Positions 53,362 to 64,000 of a DNA stretch of 64,000 nt are shown here, piece after piece. Under the pieces are notes generated by a model. That model was not told the origin of the DNA and did no database searches. It saw only the letters and a list, made by a program, of their open reading frames with translations. Origin of the DNA: an uncultured bacterium (GTDB lineage Bacteria; Zixibacteria; MSB-5A5; CAIYYT01); contig CAVSCK010000003.1 in NCBI GenBank assembly GCA_963726455.1, forward strand, positions 576,001 through 640,000, in the 5' to 3' direction. Numbering within the stretch: position 1 is the first letter of the stretch; each line of letters begins with the position of its first letter. The position numbers and the translations under genes are program-made.

Positions 53362-53964
53362 TCAAAACTCCACCCTCCCCTCCAACGCTTTGGCCAACGT
53401 TTGGCTGTCGGCGAATTGGAGGTCGGTGCCGACGGGGAGGCCGCGGGCAATGCGGGTGACTTTGACGCCCAGCGGATGCAGAAGCTTGGCAATGTAAATC
53501 GCGGTGGCTTCGCCTTCGGTGTCCGGGTCGGTCGCCAGAATGATTTCGTCGACCTCGCCTCGCACCCGTTCGAGCAGTTGCCGGATTTTGAGATCATCCG
53601 GGCCGATACCGTCCAGCGGCGACAACACTCCGCCGAGGACATGATATACGCCGCGATAACCCTCGCCTTTTTCGAGTGCGATCAGGTCGTTGGCTTCCTC
53701 GACCACGCAGATTTGTTTCGGGTTGCGTTTGGCATCGACGCAGATGCGGCAGGGGTCGGAGTCGGTCAGGTTGAAGCAGATATGGCATTCCTTGACCTTG
53801 GTCTTGACATCGAGGATCAGTTGCGCGAGTTCATCCGAGTCCTGTTTGGGGAGTTTGAGGATATAGAATGCCAACCGCTGCGCCGACTTGCGGCCGATTC
53901 CCGGCATCCGCGACAGCCGGTTGGTCAGTTTCTCCAATGTGTCCGAGGAAGTTGCTGCTTTCAT
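53362..53964 (-). CDS. recR: Recombination mediator RecR
   Basis: PGIGRKSAQRLA, CHIC..CRIC zinc finger, YHVLGG, DTEGEATA. Confidence 0.97.
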   Translation of the reverse strand: MKAATSSDTLEKLTNRLSRMPGIGRKSAQRLAFYILKLPKQDSDELAQLILDVKTKVKECHICFNLTDSDPCRICVDAKRNPKQICVVEEANDLIALEKGEGYRGVYHVLGGVLSPLDGIGPDDLKIRQLLERVRGEVDEIILATDPDTEGEATAIYIAKLLHPLGVKVTRIARGLPVGTDLQFADSQTLAKALEGRVEF

Positions 53965-53985
53965 GGTTTACCTCTATTATATCAT

Positions 53986-54012
53986 CTGGATTCCCGCCTT
54001 CGCGGGAATGAC
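53986..54012. repeat. Palindromic repeat (dRS3/RPE-like)
   Basis: CTGGATTCCCGCCTTCGCGGGAATGAC. Confidence 0.65.
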
Positions 54013-54232
54013 ATTCCACCCGCCGGTGTTGTACGCGTAGCGGCAAGGTCTCCTTGTCCATACGCGTGAGTCTGACTCTACGTCGTCAAAGTATGAATCC
54101 GTCGCCTAATGGGCAACAGCGCATTTTCTATCCATTGCGCCTGAAACATCCAATGAAACTTGGGGGTCTAAGATTTCGTAGGAAACTATATAGGTCGTGA
54201 GAATAAGTTTTCCCGATAGATCGAGGTAATGC

Positions 54233-55327
54233 ATGAAAAAGATTGTTCTGGGAGTAATAGTCCTGGCCGTGGTCGTGGTGGTGATCGTACTCGCCTTCGG
54301 CAACGGCAAATCAAGCAAGCAAAGCGATATCAAACTTGCCAAGGTCGAGCGCGGCGAGATCATCGAAAAAGCGATGGCGATCGGCACCATCCAGCCCTAC
54401 CGCGAAATCCAGGTCAAATCCAAAATCTCCGGCATCGTTAAGAAACTTTACGTCGAGATCGGCGACTCGGTCAAGGAAGGCGCCCTGTTGTTGGACATTG
54501 CTCCGCAGCCGACACCGATGGAATTCACCGAGGCCAAACGCGCGGTGGAAATCGCGCAGGTCAATTTCGACAATAGCAAATTGACTTATGACCGCAGCAA
54601 GGAACTGCACGACAAACAGCTTATTTCCGATTCCGAATACGACCAGCGCAAGACCGAATATGATCAAAGCCAACTGCAACTCAGACTGGCTCAAGAGAGG
54701 TTACAACTGACGGAGCAGGGATCGCTCAAGACTGCCAATCTGAGTGTAGAAAGCACCGTCCGTTCTCCCATCACGGGTTCGGTGCTTTCGAAAAATGTCA
54801 ACGAGGGTGATCCGGTTGTGCCCCTCACATCCTATCAGGATGGTACGGCGCTGATCACCCTCGCTGATATGCACGACCTGATCTTCCGTGGCACCGTTGA
54901 TGAAATCGACGTCGGCAAGCTTAAAGAAGGCATGCCGGTGACGATCAAGATCGGCGCCCTTCCCAACGACACAGTGTCCGGCTCGCTCTACAAGATTTCC
55001 CCCAAGGCACGCAAGCAGGAACAGGCGACGGTCTTTGATGTCGAAGTCAAACTGCCCAATTCCGAAAAGACCCGTCTGCGCGCGGGTTATTCCGCCAATG
55101 CCGAAATCATCATCAAACAGGCAAAAGACATCCTGACTATTCCCGAACGCGTGGTAGACTTCCGAGGCGACTCGGCGTTTGTGATGGTGCAGGACTCGAT
55201 GGGCAAACAGGAACGCCGCTTTGTGGAAACCGGACTGTCGGACGGAATAACCATCGAAGTCACCAAGGGCGTGAAAGAAGGCGAAACTATCGCCGAGAAG
55301 CCGGTCAAGAAGGGCATGTTTGAGTGA
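54233..55327 (+). CDS. MacA-like periplasmic adaptor
   Basis: N-terminal TM; VKSKISG; RSPITG; VDEIDVGKL; RAGYSANAEI; TGLSDG. Confidence 0.9.
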   Translation: MKKIVLGVIVLAVVVVVIVLAFGNGKSSKQSDIKLAKVERGEIIEKAMAIGTIQPYREIQVKSKISGIVKKLYVEIGDSVKEGALLLDIAPQPTPMEFTEAKRAVEIAQVNFDNSKLTYDRSKELHDKQLISDSEYDQRKTEYDQSQLQLRLAQERLQLTEQGSLKTANLSVESTVRSPITGSVLSKNVNEGDPVVPLTSYQDGTALITLADMHDLIFRGTVDEIDVGKLKEGMPVTIKIGALPNDTVSGSLYKISPKARKQEQATVFDVEVKLPNSEKTRLRAGYSANAEIIIKQAKDILTIPERVVDFRGDSAFVMVQDSMGKQERRFVETGLSDGITIEVTKGVKEGETIAEKPVKKGMFE

Positions 55328-56559
55328 CCTCGATCACCCTCTATCTCAAGCAGTTCCTGCATGACCTGCAGGCACAAAAACTGCGAACTTTCCTGACTTT
55401 GATCGGGCTCACCTGGGGCACAGTTACAGTCATTTGCCTGCTGGCATTTGGCTATGGCATGCAGAAACAACAGGAAGAGTCCTTCAAAGGTCTGGGCGAT
55501 GACATTGTGATCATGTGGGCGTCGCGTACCAGCAAACCGTTCGCGGGCTACCCCAAAGGGCGCTGGTTTGGATTCCAGCAATCCGATGTCGACGCACTCA
55601 AAAAGAATGTCTCCGAACTTGAGTATGTCTCGGGCGAATATCAACGTTACAGCGCCTCGGTCCGTTATGGCCGCCGCTCCAAACTAATTCAGATATCGGG
55701 CGTCAGTCCTGAGTTTTCGTCGATGCGCACGATTGTACCCGAATACGGAGGCCGTTTCCTCGACGAAGAAGACCTTAACAACAAGAAGCGCACCATTTTC
55801 ATCGGCAACGAACTTCGCGACGAAATCTTCGGCGAGAATTTCGATCCCGTGGGCAAAATCCTGCTTGTCGATGATGTCCCGTTCACGGTCGTCGGCGTCA
55901 TGGTGAAAAAACCGCAGGATTCGTCATACAGCGGCCGCGACAAGGACAAGGGATTCATACCGATCACGACATTTCAGACCAAGTATGGTAACCGCTATCT
56001 CGAGAACATCGTGTGGAAAGCCAACGACCTGACCGTGCATCCAGTCGCCAAGGAACGCATTCGCGAAGTGCTGGCCGCGAAGAATAAATTTGATCCCACC
56101 GATACTGAAGTCCTGATGATGTGGGACACCGTGGAAAGCAATCAGTTCCTGCTGTTCTTCGTCGCCGTCCGCTGGTTCGTCGGCTTTGTCGGCTTCATGA
56201 CTTTGCTCGTGGGTGGCATCGGCCTGGCAAATATCATGTATGTCGTCGTCGAGGAGCGCACCAAAGAAATCGGCGTGAAGATGGCTCTCGGCGCTAAGAA
56301 GCGATTTGTGCTGATGGGATTTATCTTCGAGACCCTGCTGCTGACTGCCATCGGTGGCGGCGCCGGTTATGGCATTGCTTCCGGCATCATAACCGTGGCA
56401 TCCAAGTTCAATTTGAAGGATTACATCGGCGTACCCGGATTGTCCAGCTTCGACAAACTAACAGTCATCGCAATCCTCGGCCTCATCGGCGTTCTCGCTG
56501 CTTATTTCCCGGCTCGTCGCGCTGCTAACATGAACCCCGTCCAGGCGCTGAAACTGTAA
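55324..56559 (+). CDS. MacB/FtsX-type ABC permease
   Basis: LRTFLTLIG, GGIGLANIM, ERTKEIGVKMALGA, PARRAA. Confidence 0.92.
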   Translation: MTSITLYLKQFLHDLQAQKLRTFLTLIGLTWGTVTVICLLAFGYGMQKQQEESFKGLGDDIVIMWASRTSKPFAGYPKGRWFGFQQSDVDALKKNVSELEYVSGEYQRYSASVRYGRRSKLIQISGVSPEFSSMRTIVPEYGGRFLDEEDLNNKKRTIFIGNELRDEIFGENFDPVGKILLVDDVPFTVVGVMVKKPQDSSYSGRDKDKGFIPITTFQTKYGNRYLENIVWKANDLTVHPVAKERIREVLAAKNKFDPTDTEVLMMWDTVESNQFLLFFVAVRWFVGFVGFMTLLVGGIGLANIMYVVVEERTKEIGVKMALGAKKRFVLMGFIFETLLLTAIGGGAGYGIASGIITVASKFNLKDYIGVPGLSSFDKLTVIAILGLIGVLAAYFPARRAANMNPVQALKL

Positions 56560-56571
56560 AGGACGCGACCA

Positions 56572-57822
56572 ATGATGCAATCTCTCTTATTCGTCCGGTT
56601 GTTTTGGCGCGACTTCAAAGCCAACAAGAAGCGCATGTCGCTGACCCTGCTGGCGGTTCTCTGGGGCACGCTTTCGATCGTACTGTTGCTGGCGTTTTCG
56701 GAAGGCATCAAGCGAGAGTTCGCGAAGAATCAGGCCGGATTGGGCGAAGGAATTGTCATCATCTGGGGCGGCCAGACCACGATTCCTTATGAGGGCCTCG
56801 GCAAGGGGAGGCCGATTCGTTTCTATCCGGAAGACCTGGAGGAAATTCAAAAGCTGATCCCCGAAATCGAAAAAGTCGGGGCCGAATATAACATGTGGGG
56901 CACTTCCATCTCGTACAAGAAGAAATCCGTTTCCCAACGTGTTAACGGGGTGTTTCCCAGTTACGAGACCATGCGGGCGCATTGGGCCAAACCAGGCGGC
57001 CGCTTTATCAATCAGATTGATATGGAGAATCGTCGCCGCGTCACCTATTTGGGAACGAAATTGTCAGAAGATCTTTTTGGCAATGAAGATCCGGTCGGGA
57101 AAATGGTAACGATCAACAATATCCCCTTCACCGTCATCGGGGTGATGGAAAAGAAACAGCAGATGGGGATGTACAACGGCCCGGATGATTCCAAGGCAAC
57201 CATTCCCGCGACGACTTTTTCCGCAATCTATGGCTGGCTGCAATACGACAACATCGTCGTGAAACCCAAAGACGTCAACCAGGTGGAATTGGTCAAACAG
57301 CGGCTGTATGAAGTCATCGGCAAACGTCAGAAGTTCGACCCGAAGGACAAGAGTGCCCTGTCGATCTGGGACGTGATCGAAGGCCAGAAGATGATGGACA
57401 AGATCATGCTCGGGCTGCAATTCTTCTTCGGTATTATGGGATTCTTCTCGCTGTCAATCGCCGGCGTCGGTGTCGCGAATATCATGTATGCGGCGGTCAA
57501 AGAACGCACCACTGAGATCGGCGTCAAAATGGCACTGGGCGCCAAAAAGCGCCAGATCATGGGACAATTCGTATTGGAAGCGGTTTTGATAGCCGCGATT
57601 GGTGGTGGACTGGGACTAATCCTGGCGCAGTCTGCCTGCACGGCTTTCAAAAGTGTCAATCTCAATAATGAAGTTCTGACCTGGCTGGGCAAGCCAACGA
57701 TTTCGACCGTTATCGGCATTGTTACCGTGACAATCCTGACCCTGATCGGACTGGTCTCGGGCTTCTTCCCTGCCAGACGTGCCGCGTCAATCAGCCCCGT
57801 GGAGGCGCTACGTTATGAATAG
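56572..57822 (+). CDS. MacB/FtsX-type ABC permease (second copy)
   Basis: GVGVANIM, ERTTEIGVKMALGA, PARRAASISPVEALRYE. Confidence 0.92.
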   Translation: MMQSLLFVRLFWRDFKANKKRMSLTLLAVLWGTLSIVLLLAFSEGIKREFAKNQAGLGEGIVIIWGGQTTIPYEGLGKGRPIRFYPEDLEEIQKLIPEIEKVGAEYNMWGTSISYKKKSVSQRVNGVFPSYETMRAHWAKPGGRFINQIDMENRRRVTYLGTKLSEDLFGNEDPVGKMVTINNIPFTVIGVMEKKQQMGMYNGPDDSKATIPATTFSAIYGWLQYDNIVVKPKDVNQVELVKQRLYEVIGKRQKFDPKDKSALSIWDVIEGQKMMDKIMLGLQFFFGIMGFFSLSIAGVGVANIMYAAVKERTTEIGVKMALGAKKRQIMGQFVLEAVLIAAIGGGLGLILAQSACTAFKSVNLNNEVLTWLGKPTISTVIGIVTVTILTLIGLVSGFFPARRAASISPVEALRYE

Positions 57823-57843
57823 GCAATCATTCACAGCTTGTGG

Positions 57844-57897
57844 TCTAGCCCCTTGTGGGCGTTTCCGTTGCATTCTAGCCCCTTGTGGGCGTTTCCG
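57844..57897. repeat. Tandem 24-bp REP-derived repeat
   Basis: TCTAGCCCCTTGTGGGCGTTTCCG twice (57844, 57874); the 16-bp core also occurs at 47485. Confidence 0.8.
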
Positions 57898-57909
57898 AGG
57901 TGATAAATC

Positions 57910-58602
57910 ATGATCATTATGAAAGGCATTCGCAAAATTTACGACACCGGCAAAATCCGTGTCGAAGCGCTCAAAGGGCTTGACCTGCATCTGGAAGCCG
58001 GCGAGTTTGTCAGTATTGTTGGACCATCCGGCTCGGGCAAATCAACTCTGATGAACATTTGCGGTTGCCTCGACATCCCCTCAGAAGGAGAATTCGTTCT
58101 CGACGGTGAACGCGTCGACACTTTCGATCACAATCAGCTTGCCGAAGTGCGCAATCACAAAATCGGATTCGTATTCCAGAACTTCAATTTGCTGGCTTAC
58201 GCAACCGCCTACGAAAACGTCGAACTCCCTCTGATCTTCGCCGGCGCTCCCACCAAAGTTCGTAAAGAGCGCGTCACGATGCTGCTGTCGCGTGTCGGTC
58301 TCGGCGACCGCATGGATCACAAACCGACAGAGTTGTCCGGTGGTGAGATGCAGCGCGTCGCCATTGCCCGCGCCCTAGCCAACAGTCCCAAGCTGGTGCT
58401 GGCCGATGAACCGACCGGCAACCTCGATAGTAAGTCGGGGCGCGAAATCATTGATATCTTCGAGGAACTCTGGAAATCAGGAACGACCATCCTGATGATT
58501 ACTCACGACCCCAATATCGCGAAGCGCACCAAGCGCACCATATTGCTCAAGGATGGCAACATAGTCCATTCGCTCAATGGCAACGGGAACGGCGAGCATT
58601 AG
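57910..58602 (+). CDS. ABC transporter ATP-binding protein (MacB/LolD-like)
   Basis: [34 protein letters not shown]. Confidence 0.95.
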   Translation: MIIMKGIRKIYDTGKIRVEALKGLDLHLEAGEFVSIVGPSGSGKSTLMNICGCLDIPSEGEFVLDGERVDTFDHNQLAEVRNHKIGFVFQNFNLLAYATAYENVELPLIFAGAPTKVRKERVTMLLSRVGLGDRMDHKPTELSGGEMQRVAIARALANSPKLVLADEPTGNLDSKSGREIIDIFEELWKSGTTILMITHDPNIAKRTKRTILLKDGNIVHSLNGNGNGEH

Positions 58603-58637
58603 ACAGACTGTTCCCGGTGCTACCCCCCCGACAAATA

Positions 58638-58668
58638 GTAGCGCCGTCAGGAATCCTTTCCTGACGGC
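58638..58668. repeat. GTAG-type REP-like palindrome or terminator
   Basis: GTAGC-GCCGTCAGGAA-tcct-TTCCTGACGGC. Confidence 0.55.
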
Positions 58669-58763
58669 ATTCTTGTATTGTATGATGTGTGCTTCAGTCA
58701 TCCTCGCCTGCCGCGACCGAATAACCCCTTTCGTCTCACCGTTATTCCGCGTATAATCCCCCC

Positions 58764-59321
58764 ATGCCTATTCGCATCATTGCCGGTGAACGGCGCGGAT
58801 TGATTCTCAAGACCGTCGAATTCGAGGGTTTCCGGCCGACTCTGGCCAGAGTCCGGGAGTCGCTCTTCGGAATCTTGACGCCGATAATCGAAGGCGCCCG
58901 CGTTCTCGATTTGTTTGCCGGATCGGGTGCGCTAGGATTGGAGGCCATCTCTCGCGGGGCGGCTTCGGTATTGTTCGTGGACGATAACCGCTACGCAATC
59001 AAAACGATAGAGGCCAACGTCGCCAAGTGCCGCTGGCAGGATCGCTGCCGCGCCTTCCTCGGCGACTATGCCGATGCCGGAAAAAGGGTTGCGCGCGGCG
59101 AGCAATTTGATTTAGTTTTCGCCGATCCACCCTATCTGCAGGGTTACCCGCAGCGGGTGGTCGACCATCTCAAAAGCGGCAACCTGCTTGCAGCCGAGGG
59201 GGTTGTCTGTATGGAGATGGACGGGCATGAAACGAAGGATTTGGATATCACCGGATTTCGGCTGATTCGCGACAAGAAATACGGCAACACGGTGATCTGG
59301 ATTCTCAGGAGGGATTTCTGA
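58764..59321 (+). CDS. rsmD: 16S rRNA m2G966 methyltransferase
   Basis: RPTLARVRESLF, LDLFAGSGALGLEAISRGA, FADPPY, YGNT. Confidence 0.95.
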   Translation: MPIRIIAGERRGLILKTVEFEGFRPTLARVRESLFGILTPIIEGARVLDLFAGSGALGLEAISRGAASVLFVDDNRYAIKTIEANVAKCRWQDRCRAFLGDYADAGKRVARGEQFDLVFADPPYLQGYPQRVVDHLKSGNLLAAEGVVCMEMDGHETKDLDITGFRLIRDKKYGNTVIWILRRDF

Positions 59322-59800
59322 AACGCGCTGTCTATCCGGGTAGCTTCGACCCGATCACCAATGGTCATGTGGACCTGGTCAAAAGAGCGGCCATGCTGTT
59401 CGATGAGGTGTTGGTGGCGATCGCCGACAACCCGAACAAGCAGGCACTCTTCTCCCACGCTGAGCGTATGGAAATGGCCCAGCAATCGCTGCTCGACGTT
59501 CCGACTGCAAAAGTCATCGTCTTCCGGGGACTGCTGGCTGACCTTTACAAGAAAGAAGGCTGCTCTGCGATCATTCGCGGTCTGAGAGCCGTTAGCGATT
59601 TTGAATACGAGTTCCAGATGGCCCTGATGAACCGCAAACAATTACGCGGCGTAGAAACCGTGTTTCTCATGCCGTCCTTGCGCTGGGTCTACTTGAGTTC
59701 GAATCTTATCAAAGAGGTGGCCCGGCATAATGGCGCCATCAAAGACCTGGTGCCGGAAGTCGTCTACCGCAAATTGAAAGCCGCCTTCGGTCACCCGTAA
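59318..59800 (+). CDS. coaD: Phosphopantetheine adenylyltransferase (apparent CTG start)
   Basis: (M)KRAVYPGSFDPITNGHVD, RGLRAVSDFEYE, LSSNLIKE; AGGAGG 5 nt before the CTG at 59318. Confidence 0.93.
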   Translation: MKRAVYPGSFDPITNGHVDLVKRAAMLFDEVLVAIADNPNKQALFSHAERMEMAQQSLLDVPTAKVIVFRGLLADLYKKEGCSAIIRGLRAVSDFEYEFQMALMNRKQLRGVETVFLMPSLRWVYLSSNLIKEVARHNGAIKDLVPEVVYRKLKAAFGHP

Positions 59801-59850
59801 ACGCTCAGCCAATCCTCGACTCGGAATGGATTGCACAGGAAGGACACTTA

Positions 59851-61318
59851 GTGAGCGACAATATCGCTGATCAACATCACGTAAGAATACAGAAGCTGCA
59901 AGCGCTGCGTGAAGCGGGTATCGAACCGTTCGCCTATCGCTTCGCCAAAACGCACAACACTCAACAGCTCCTCGCCAACTTCGACGCCATGGTTGCGTCC
60001 GGCGAATCGGTCAGTCTTGCCGGCCGGCTTAATGACGATCAGGGTCATGGGCAAGTCAGTGTTCGCTCACATGCAGGATGAGTTTGGACAAGTCCAGATT
60101 TACGTCAAGAAGGATAACGTATCCGAGGACGCCTGGAAGCTCTTTGACAAGGCCGACATCGGCGACATCTTCGGCGTCAGCGGCACACTGTTCGTCACGC
60201 ATAAAGGCGAACGCAGTATTGCCGTCAAAGAACTGGCGTTGCTCGCCAAAAGTTTGCGTCCGCTTCCGGAAAAATGGCACGGCCTTCAGGACAAGGAAAC
60301 CCGCTATCGCCGGCGCTACCTGGACATGATCGCCAATCCCGAAGTCAAAGAAATCTTCCGCAAACGCAGCCAGCTTATCCGTGCCGTGCGTGACTTCCTC
60401 GATGACGAGGGATTTCTCGAAGTCGAAACTCCGGTGCTGCAGCCAATCTACGGCGGCGCCGCTGCCAAGCCATTTGTCACACACCATAATAAGCTCGATG
60501 TTGATCTCTATATGCGCGTGGCCGACGAGCTTTATCTCAAGCGCCTGATTGTCGGCGGATTCGAAAAAGTGTGGGAATTCTGCAAGGATTTCCGCAATGA
60601 AGGCATGGATCGCAATCACAATCCCGAATTCACTATGGTCGAATTGTATTGGGCGTACGCCGACTACAATGACGTGATGGATCTCTATCAGCGCATGATA
60701 TTATCAGTCGCCCAACGTGTCCTCGGAAACACAACTCTCCAATTTGAAGATCACACCATCGAACTTGCCGGCGACTGGAAACGAATTCGCCTCCTCGACA
60801 GTATCAAAGATGCCGTGGGTGAGGACATTTCCGCGATGAGCGAGCCAGATTTGCGAAAGTTTTGCGAACGCATCGGCGTCAAGGTTGAAGGCGTGGTCGG
60901 CAAGGGCAAATTGATTGACGAGCTCTTCAGCGAACGCGTCGAACCGCATCTGATTCAACCGACATTCATCACCGATTACCCGGTCGAACTCTCACCTTTG
61001 GCCAAACCGCACCGCTCGATGCCGGGCCTTACGGAAAGATTCGAGGTGTTCATAGCCGGGATGGAATTGGGCAATGCCTTTAGCGAATTAAATGACCCGA
61101 TCGACCAAAAGGAACGGTTCCTCCGTCTGATCGAGATGGCTAAAGCGGGTGACGAAGAGGCCCCCGCAGTCCTCGATGAAGACTATATTTTCTGCCTCGA
61201 ACATGGCATGCCCCCGACCGGCGGCCTCGGATTTGGTATCGATCGCCTCGCGATGCTGCTCTTAAATCAGCACTCAATTCGCGATGTCATTCTCTTCCCT
61301 CAAATGAAACCGGAGTAG
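59851..61318 (+). CDS. lysS: Lysyl-tRNA synthetase class II; 1-nt frameshift near 60031
   Basis: N-term ...SLAGRL|MTIRVMGKSVF; RRRYLD, FRNEG, HNPEFT, GMPPTGGLGFGIDRL. Confidence 0.95.
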
Positions 61319-61320
61319 AC

Positions 61321-62548
61321 TTGGGATTCGAAATATTCATTGCCAGACGCTATCTCAAGAGCCGGCGGCGTGAAAACTTCATCTCGTTCATCTCCCTGAT
61401 TTCCATTGTAGGCATCGCTATCGGCGTCGCCACACTCGATTTTGTGCTGTCGATGATGAACGGCTTTGAGACCGAAATCCGCCAGCGAATTATCAATACT
61501 ACCGCGCATATAACGGTTTACACGTACAACGGCGAAGGATTCTCCGACTGGCAGTCATTGGCACAACAAGTGCAGCAGGTACCGGGCGTCATCGGCATGG
61601 CGCCGAATATCTTCTACAAATCCGTCATTGGGTCTGATCAGGCCAATGATGGAGTCTTTGTTAAGGGGATCATTCCCGATGAGGAAGTCAAGGTTTCTAC
61701 TCTGAAAAATAGCATCGTAGCTGGCAAACTTATGTTCGAAGAACCGAACGACAGCTTTCCCGGCATCATTATAGGAAGGGAATTAGCGTCGACTTTGGGA
61801 GTCAAGCTCAAGGATGAAGTCGTTTTAGCATCTTTGAAGGCAAAGAAAGTTATCGATTACTTTGCAGCCAAAGTATAAACGTTTCCGCGTGACCGGTATT
61901 TTTGAGACAGGAATGAACGAGTATGATGCGAATCTCGTCTATATCTCAATGCCTATGGCACAGGATCTGTTCAATTTGAACGGCCTGGTAACTGGTCTGG
62001 AAGTGAAAGTAAACGATTTCTACCGCTCGCGTGAAATTGCCCGCCAAATCGAAGAACATGTCGGACAACCCTACTACGCCGTTGATTGGTCTGAGCGCCA
62101 CAAGAACCTCTTTGGCTGGATGACCCTCGAAAAATACGGCATGTCGATCGTCGTCGGCCTGATCATCGCCGTCGCCGCCTTCAATATTGTTTCCACACTC
62201 ATTATGCTGGTATTGGAAAAGCGCAAAGATATCGCCATCCTAAAATCAATGGGGTCAACACGTAACCAGGTAATGAAGATCTTCGTATATCAGGGAACGC
62301 TGCTGGGAGTAGTCGGAACGCTGGTAGGGACGGCACTAGGATTCATCGTATGCTGGATACAGGAGACATTCCATCTGGTCTCGATTCCCGGAGAGATTTA
62401 TTTCATCAACACGCTGCCGATAGACACCCGGTTGCATGAGTTTGTTCTGGTGGCTGTGGTCAGCATGTTAATTTCTTTCTTGGCAACACTTTATCCTTCA
62501 CGCCGCGCTTCGTATCTCTTCCCGGCGGACATTCTTCGCCATGGTTAA
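61321..62548 (+). CDS. lolE: Lipoprotein-releasing permease LolC/E; frameshift near 61850
   Basis: FIARRYLKSRR, SMMNGF, VAAFNIVSTL, DIAILKSMG, TLYPSRRA. Confidence 0.88.
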
Positions 62549-62627
62549 CTATCGGCGTGGTTTGAGGTTAAAGAATCTCGTGTTTGTGGCGACAATTAAG
62601 GTATAGATAGGATACGAGTCAGGCGAA

Positions 62628-63310
62628 TTGGAGAACGTCATCTTAGAGACAAAAGACCTCCAGAAGAGTTTCCCCACCGCAGACGGAGAACTTAAGATTC
62701 TCAGGGGAATCGACCTAACTGTACGCAAGGGGAATTCGTCTCGATCACCGGTGCTTCGGGAGTCGGCAAGAGCACATTGTTGCATCTTTTAGGCGGACTC
62801 GACCGGCCCACTGCCGGCACAATGACGGTGGCGGGCGAAAGAATCGATCAACTGAGCGAGGTACAGCTCTCACAATATCGAAATAAAAGATGCGGATTCG
62901 TATTTCAGTTTCACTACCTTCTTGAAGAGTTCACGGCGCTGGAGAACGTCATGATGCCATTGCTGGTACGTGGCGACTCTCGGAACAAATCAGCAGAGGT
63001 CGCGTTAAAGCTGTTGGAAGAAGTCGGTTTAGGCGACCGATCCGGTCACCGGCCGGCGCAGCTTTCAGGCGGCGAGTGTCAGCGCGCGGCGGTAGCAAGA
63101 GCAATGGTGGGGTCACCGGAGATCTTAATCGCCGATGAACCGACGGGAAATCTGGATCACGAGACTGCTCAGACCCTGCACGACCTCCTCGCGCGCTTGA
63201 ACTGCGATAAGAAAATGACGATTATAGTAGCGACACACGATTTGTCGCTGGCGGAACGCGCTCCGAGGCAGTTCAAGCTGCTCGACGGAGTTCTGGTAGA
63301 AAAGAGTTAA
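62628..63310 (+). CDS. lolD: Lipoprotein-releasing ATPase; frameshift near 62730
   Basis: ILRGIDL..., GASGVGKSTLLHLLGGLD, FQFHYLL, LSGGECQR. Confidence 0.88.
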
Positions 63311-63315
63311 CGACT

Positions 63316-63834
63316 ATGCTTTGTGAAGACTGCCGGAAACAGGAAGCCACAGTTCACTTCTCACAGGTGGTTAACAACCAGTCAGTGGTTCTCAACCTTT
63401 GTGCCGCCTGCGCGAAAAGACGCGGTTTCTCAAATCCGCTTAAGAATATACCGTTTCCGCTGGCTGACTTCCTGACTTCGATGGTCAGCGAATCTGCGGC
63501 CAAGGCCGACGGCCAGCTTACCGAACTGACTTGCCCAGTTTGCAAGTTGTCGTACGACACCTTTGCCAAAACCGGGCGGCTCGGTTGCGGAAACTGTTTT
63601 GAGGCGTTTCGTCAGCCATTGGCGGACCTATTGCGCAAAATTCATGGTTCCAACCTGCATCGCGGCAAACGCCTTCGCGGCGGCGCCCTGGTGATGGAAC
63701 CGCTCAAAGAAGAGGCGCGGCTGCGGGACGAGCTGAAACGCGCGATTGAATCAGAAGATTTTGAACGCGCCGCCCAGTTGCGCGACTTAGTTAAGGAATT
63801 GCAAGAGAAACTGCAGGCGACTTCAGATGTTTGA
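63316..63834 (+). CDS. mcsA: Protein-arginine kinase activator McsA
   Basis: Four CxxC motifs, GRLGCGNC, UVR motif EDFERAAQLRD. Confidence 0.92.
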   Translation: MLCEDCRKQEATVHFSQVVNNQSVVLNLCAACAKRRGFSNPLKNIPFPLADFLTSMVSESAAKADGQLTELTCPVCKLSYDTFAKTGRLGCGNCFEAFRQPLADLLRKIHGSNLHRGKRLRGGALVMEPLKEEARLRDELKRAIESEDFERAAQLRDLVKELQEKLQATSDV

Positions 63835-64000
63835 ACAAATGGCGAAAAAAGCAAGCTCGTGGCTAACCGCCGAAGGCGATGAAGCCGCTATCGTAATGTC
63901 GTCCAGAGTGCGTCTGGCCCGCAACATCCGCGGCTTCACCTTCCCGCCCTTCGCCGACGCCGAGACGAGAGACAAGGTTGTTCATTTCGCCCAGGCGGCG
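63827..64000 (+). CDS. mcsB: Protein arginine kinase McsB (N-terminal part only; runs off the right edge)
   Basis: MFEQMAKKASSWL...IVMSSRVRLARNIRGFTFP, overlapping the mcsA end. Confidence 0.88.
   Translation, partial: MFEQMAKKASSWLTAEGDEAAIVMSSRVRLARNIRGFTFPPFADAETRDKVVHFAQAA

Noticed and set aside
57844-57897. Possible mini-CRISPR array
   Set aside because: Only two 24-bp copies with a 6-nt gap, no cas genes, and the core recurs singly at 47485.
59851-63310. Frameshifts in lysS, lolE and lolD (also tdh, dinB, the SBBP gene, the DUF5916 gene and the endonuclease) as programmed frameshifting or pseudogenes
   Set aside because: They hit essential genes at scattered positions, show no common slippery motif, and each is repaired by about one base. 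This pattern fits long-read assembly indels.
63316-64000. mcsA-mcsB in a diderm as a novelty
   Set aside because: The pair is known well outside Firmicutes and sits in an ordinary core-gene context here.

Overview
Chromosomal window from a diderm bacterium. The repeated GDxDGSGxxDISDAVYLIxYIFSGGxxP dockerin style suggests Ca. Zixiibacteriota, which is an inference. The left two-thirds is rich in secreted and surface proteins: a Lys-gingipain-like C25 protease, three dockerin proteins, two tandem giant lipoproteins and three phage-fibre-like YQGRL proteins. It also holds aceK, tRNA-Ser(TGA), tdh, an acetate-ligase/ACP/kbl operon and an ATPase-less metal-uptake operon. The right third holds sugar-nucleotide genes, hisS, a two-methyltransferase restriction-modification cassette, recR, a MacAB-like exporter and rsmD-coaD-lysS-lolCE-lolD-mcsA-mcsB. 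Many genes, including essential lysS and lolD, carry 1-nt frameshifts that look like assembly indels. The best candidate for an undescribed system is the Acs-like ligase + stand-alone ACP + Kbl operon. It shares a Rex/CRP-like 18-bp palindrome with the promoter of tdh, whose gene ends about 8 kb upstream. This may be a carrier-protein-dependent, redox-regulated acetate + glycine <-> threonine pathway. All family assignments come from motif recognition by eye; no database searches were run.
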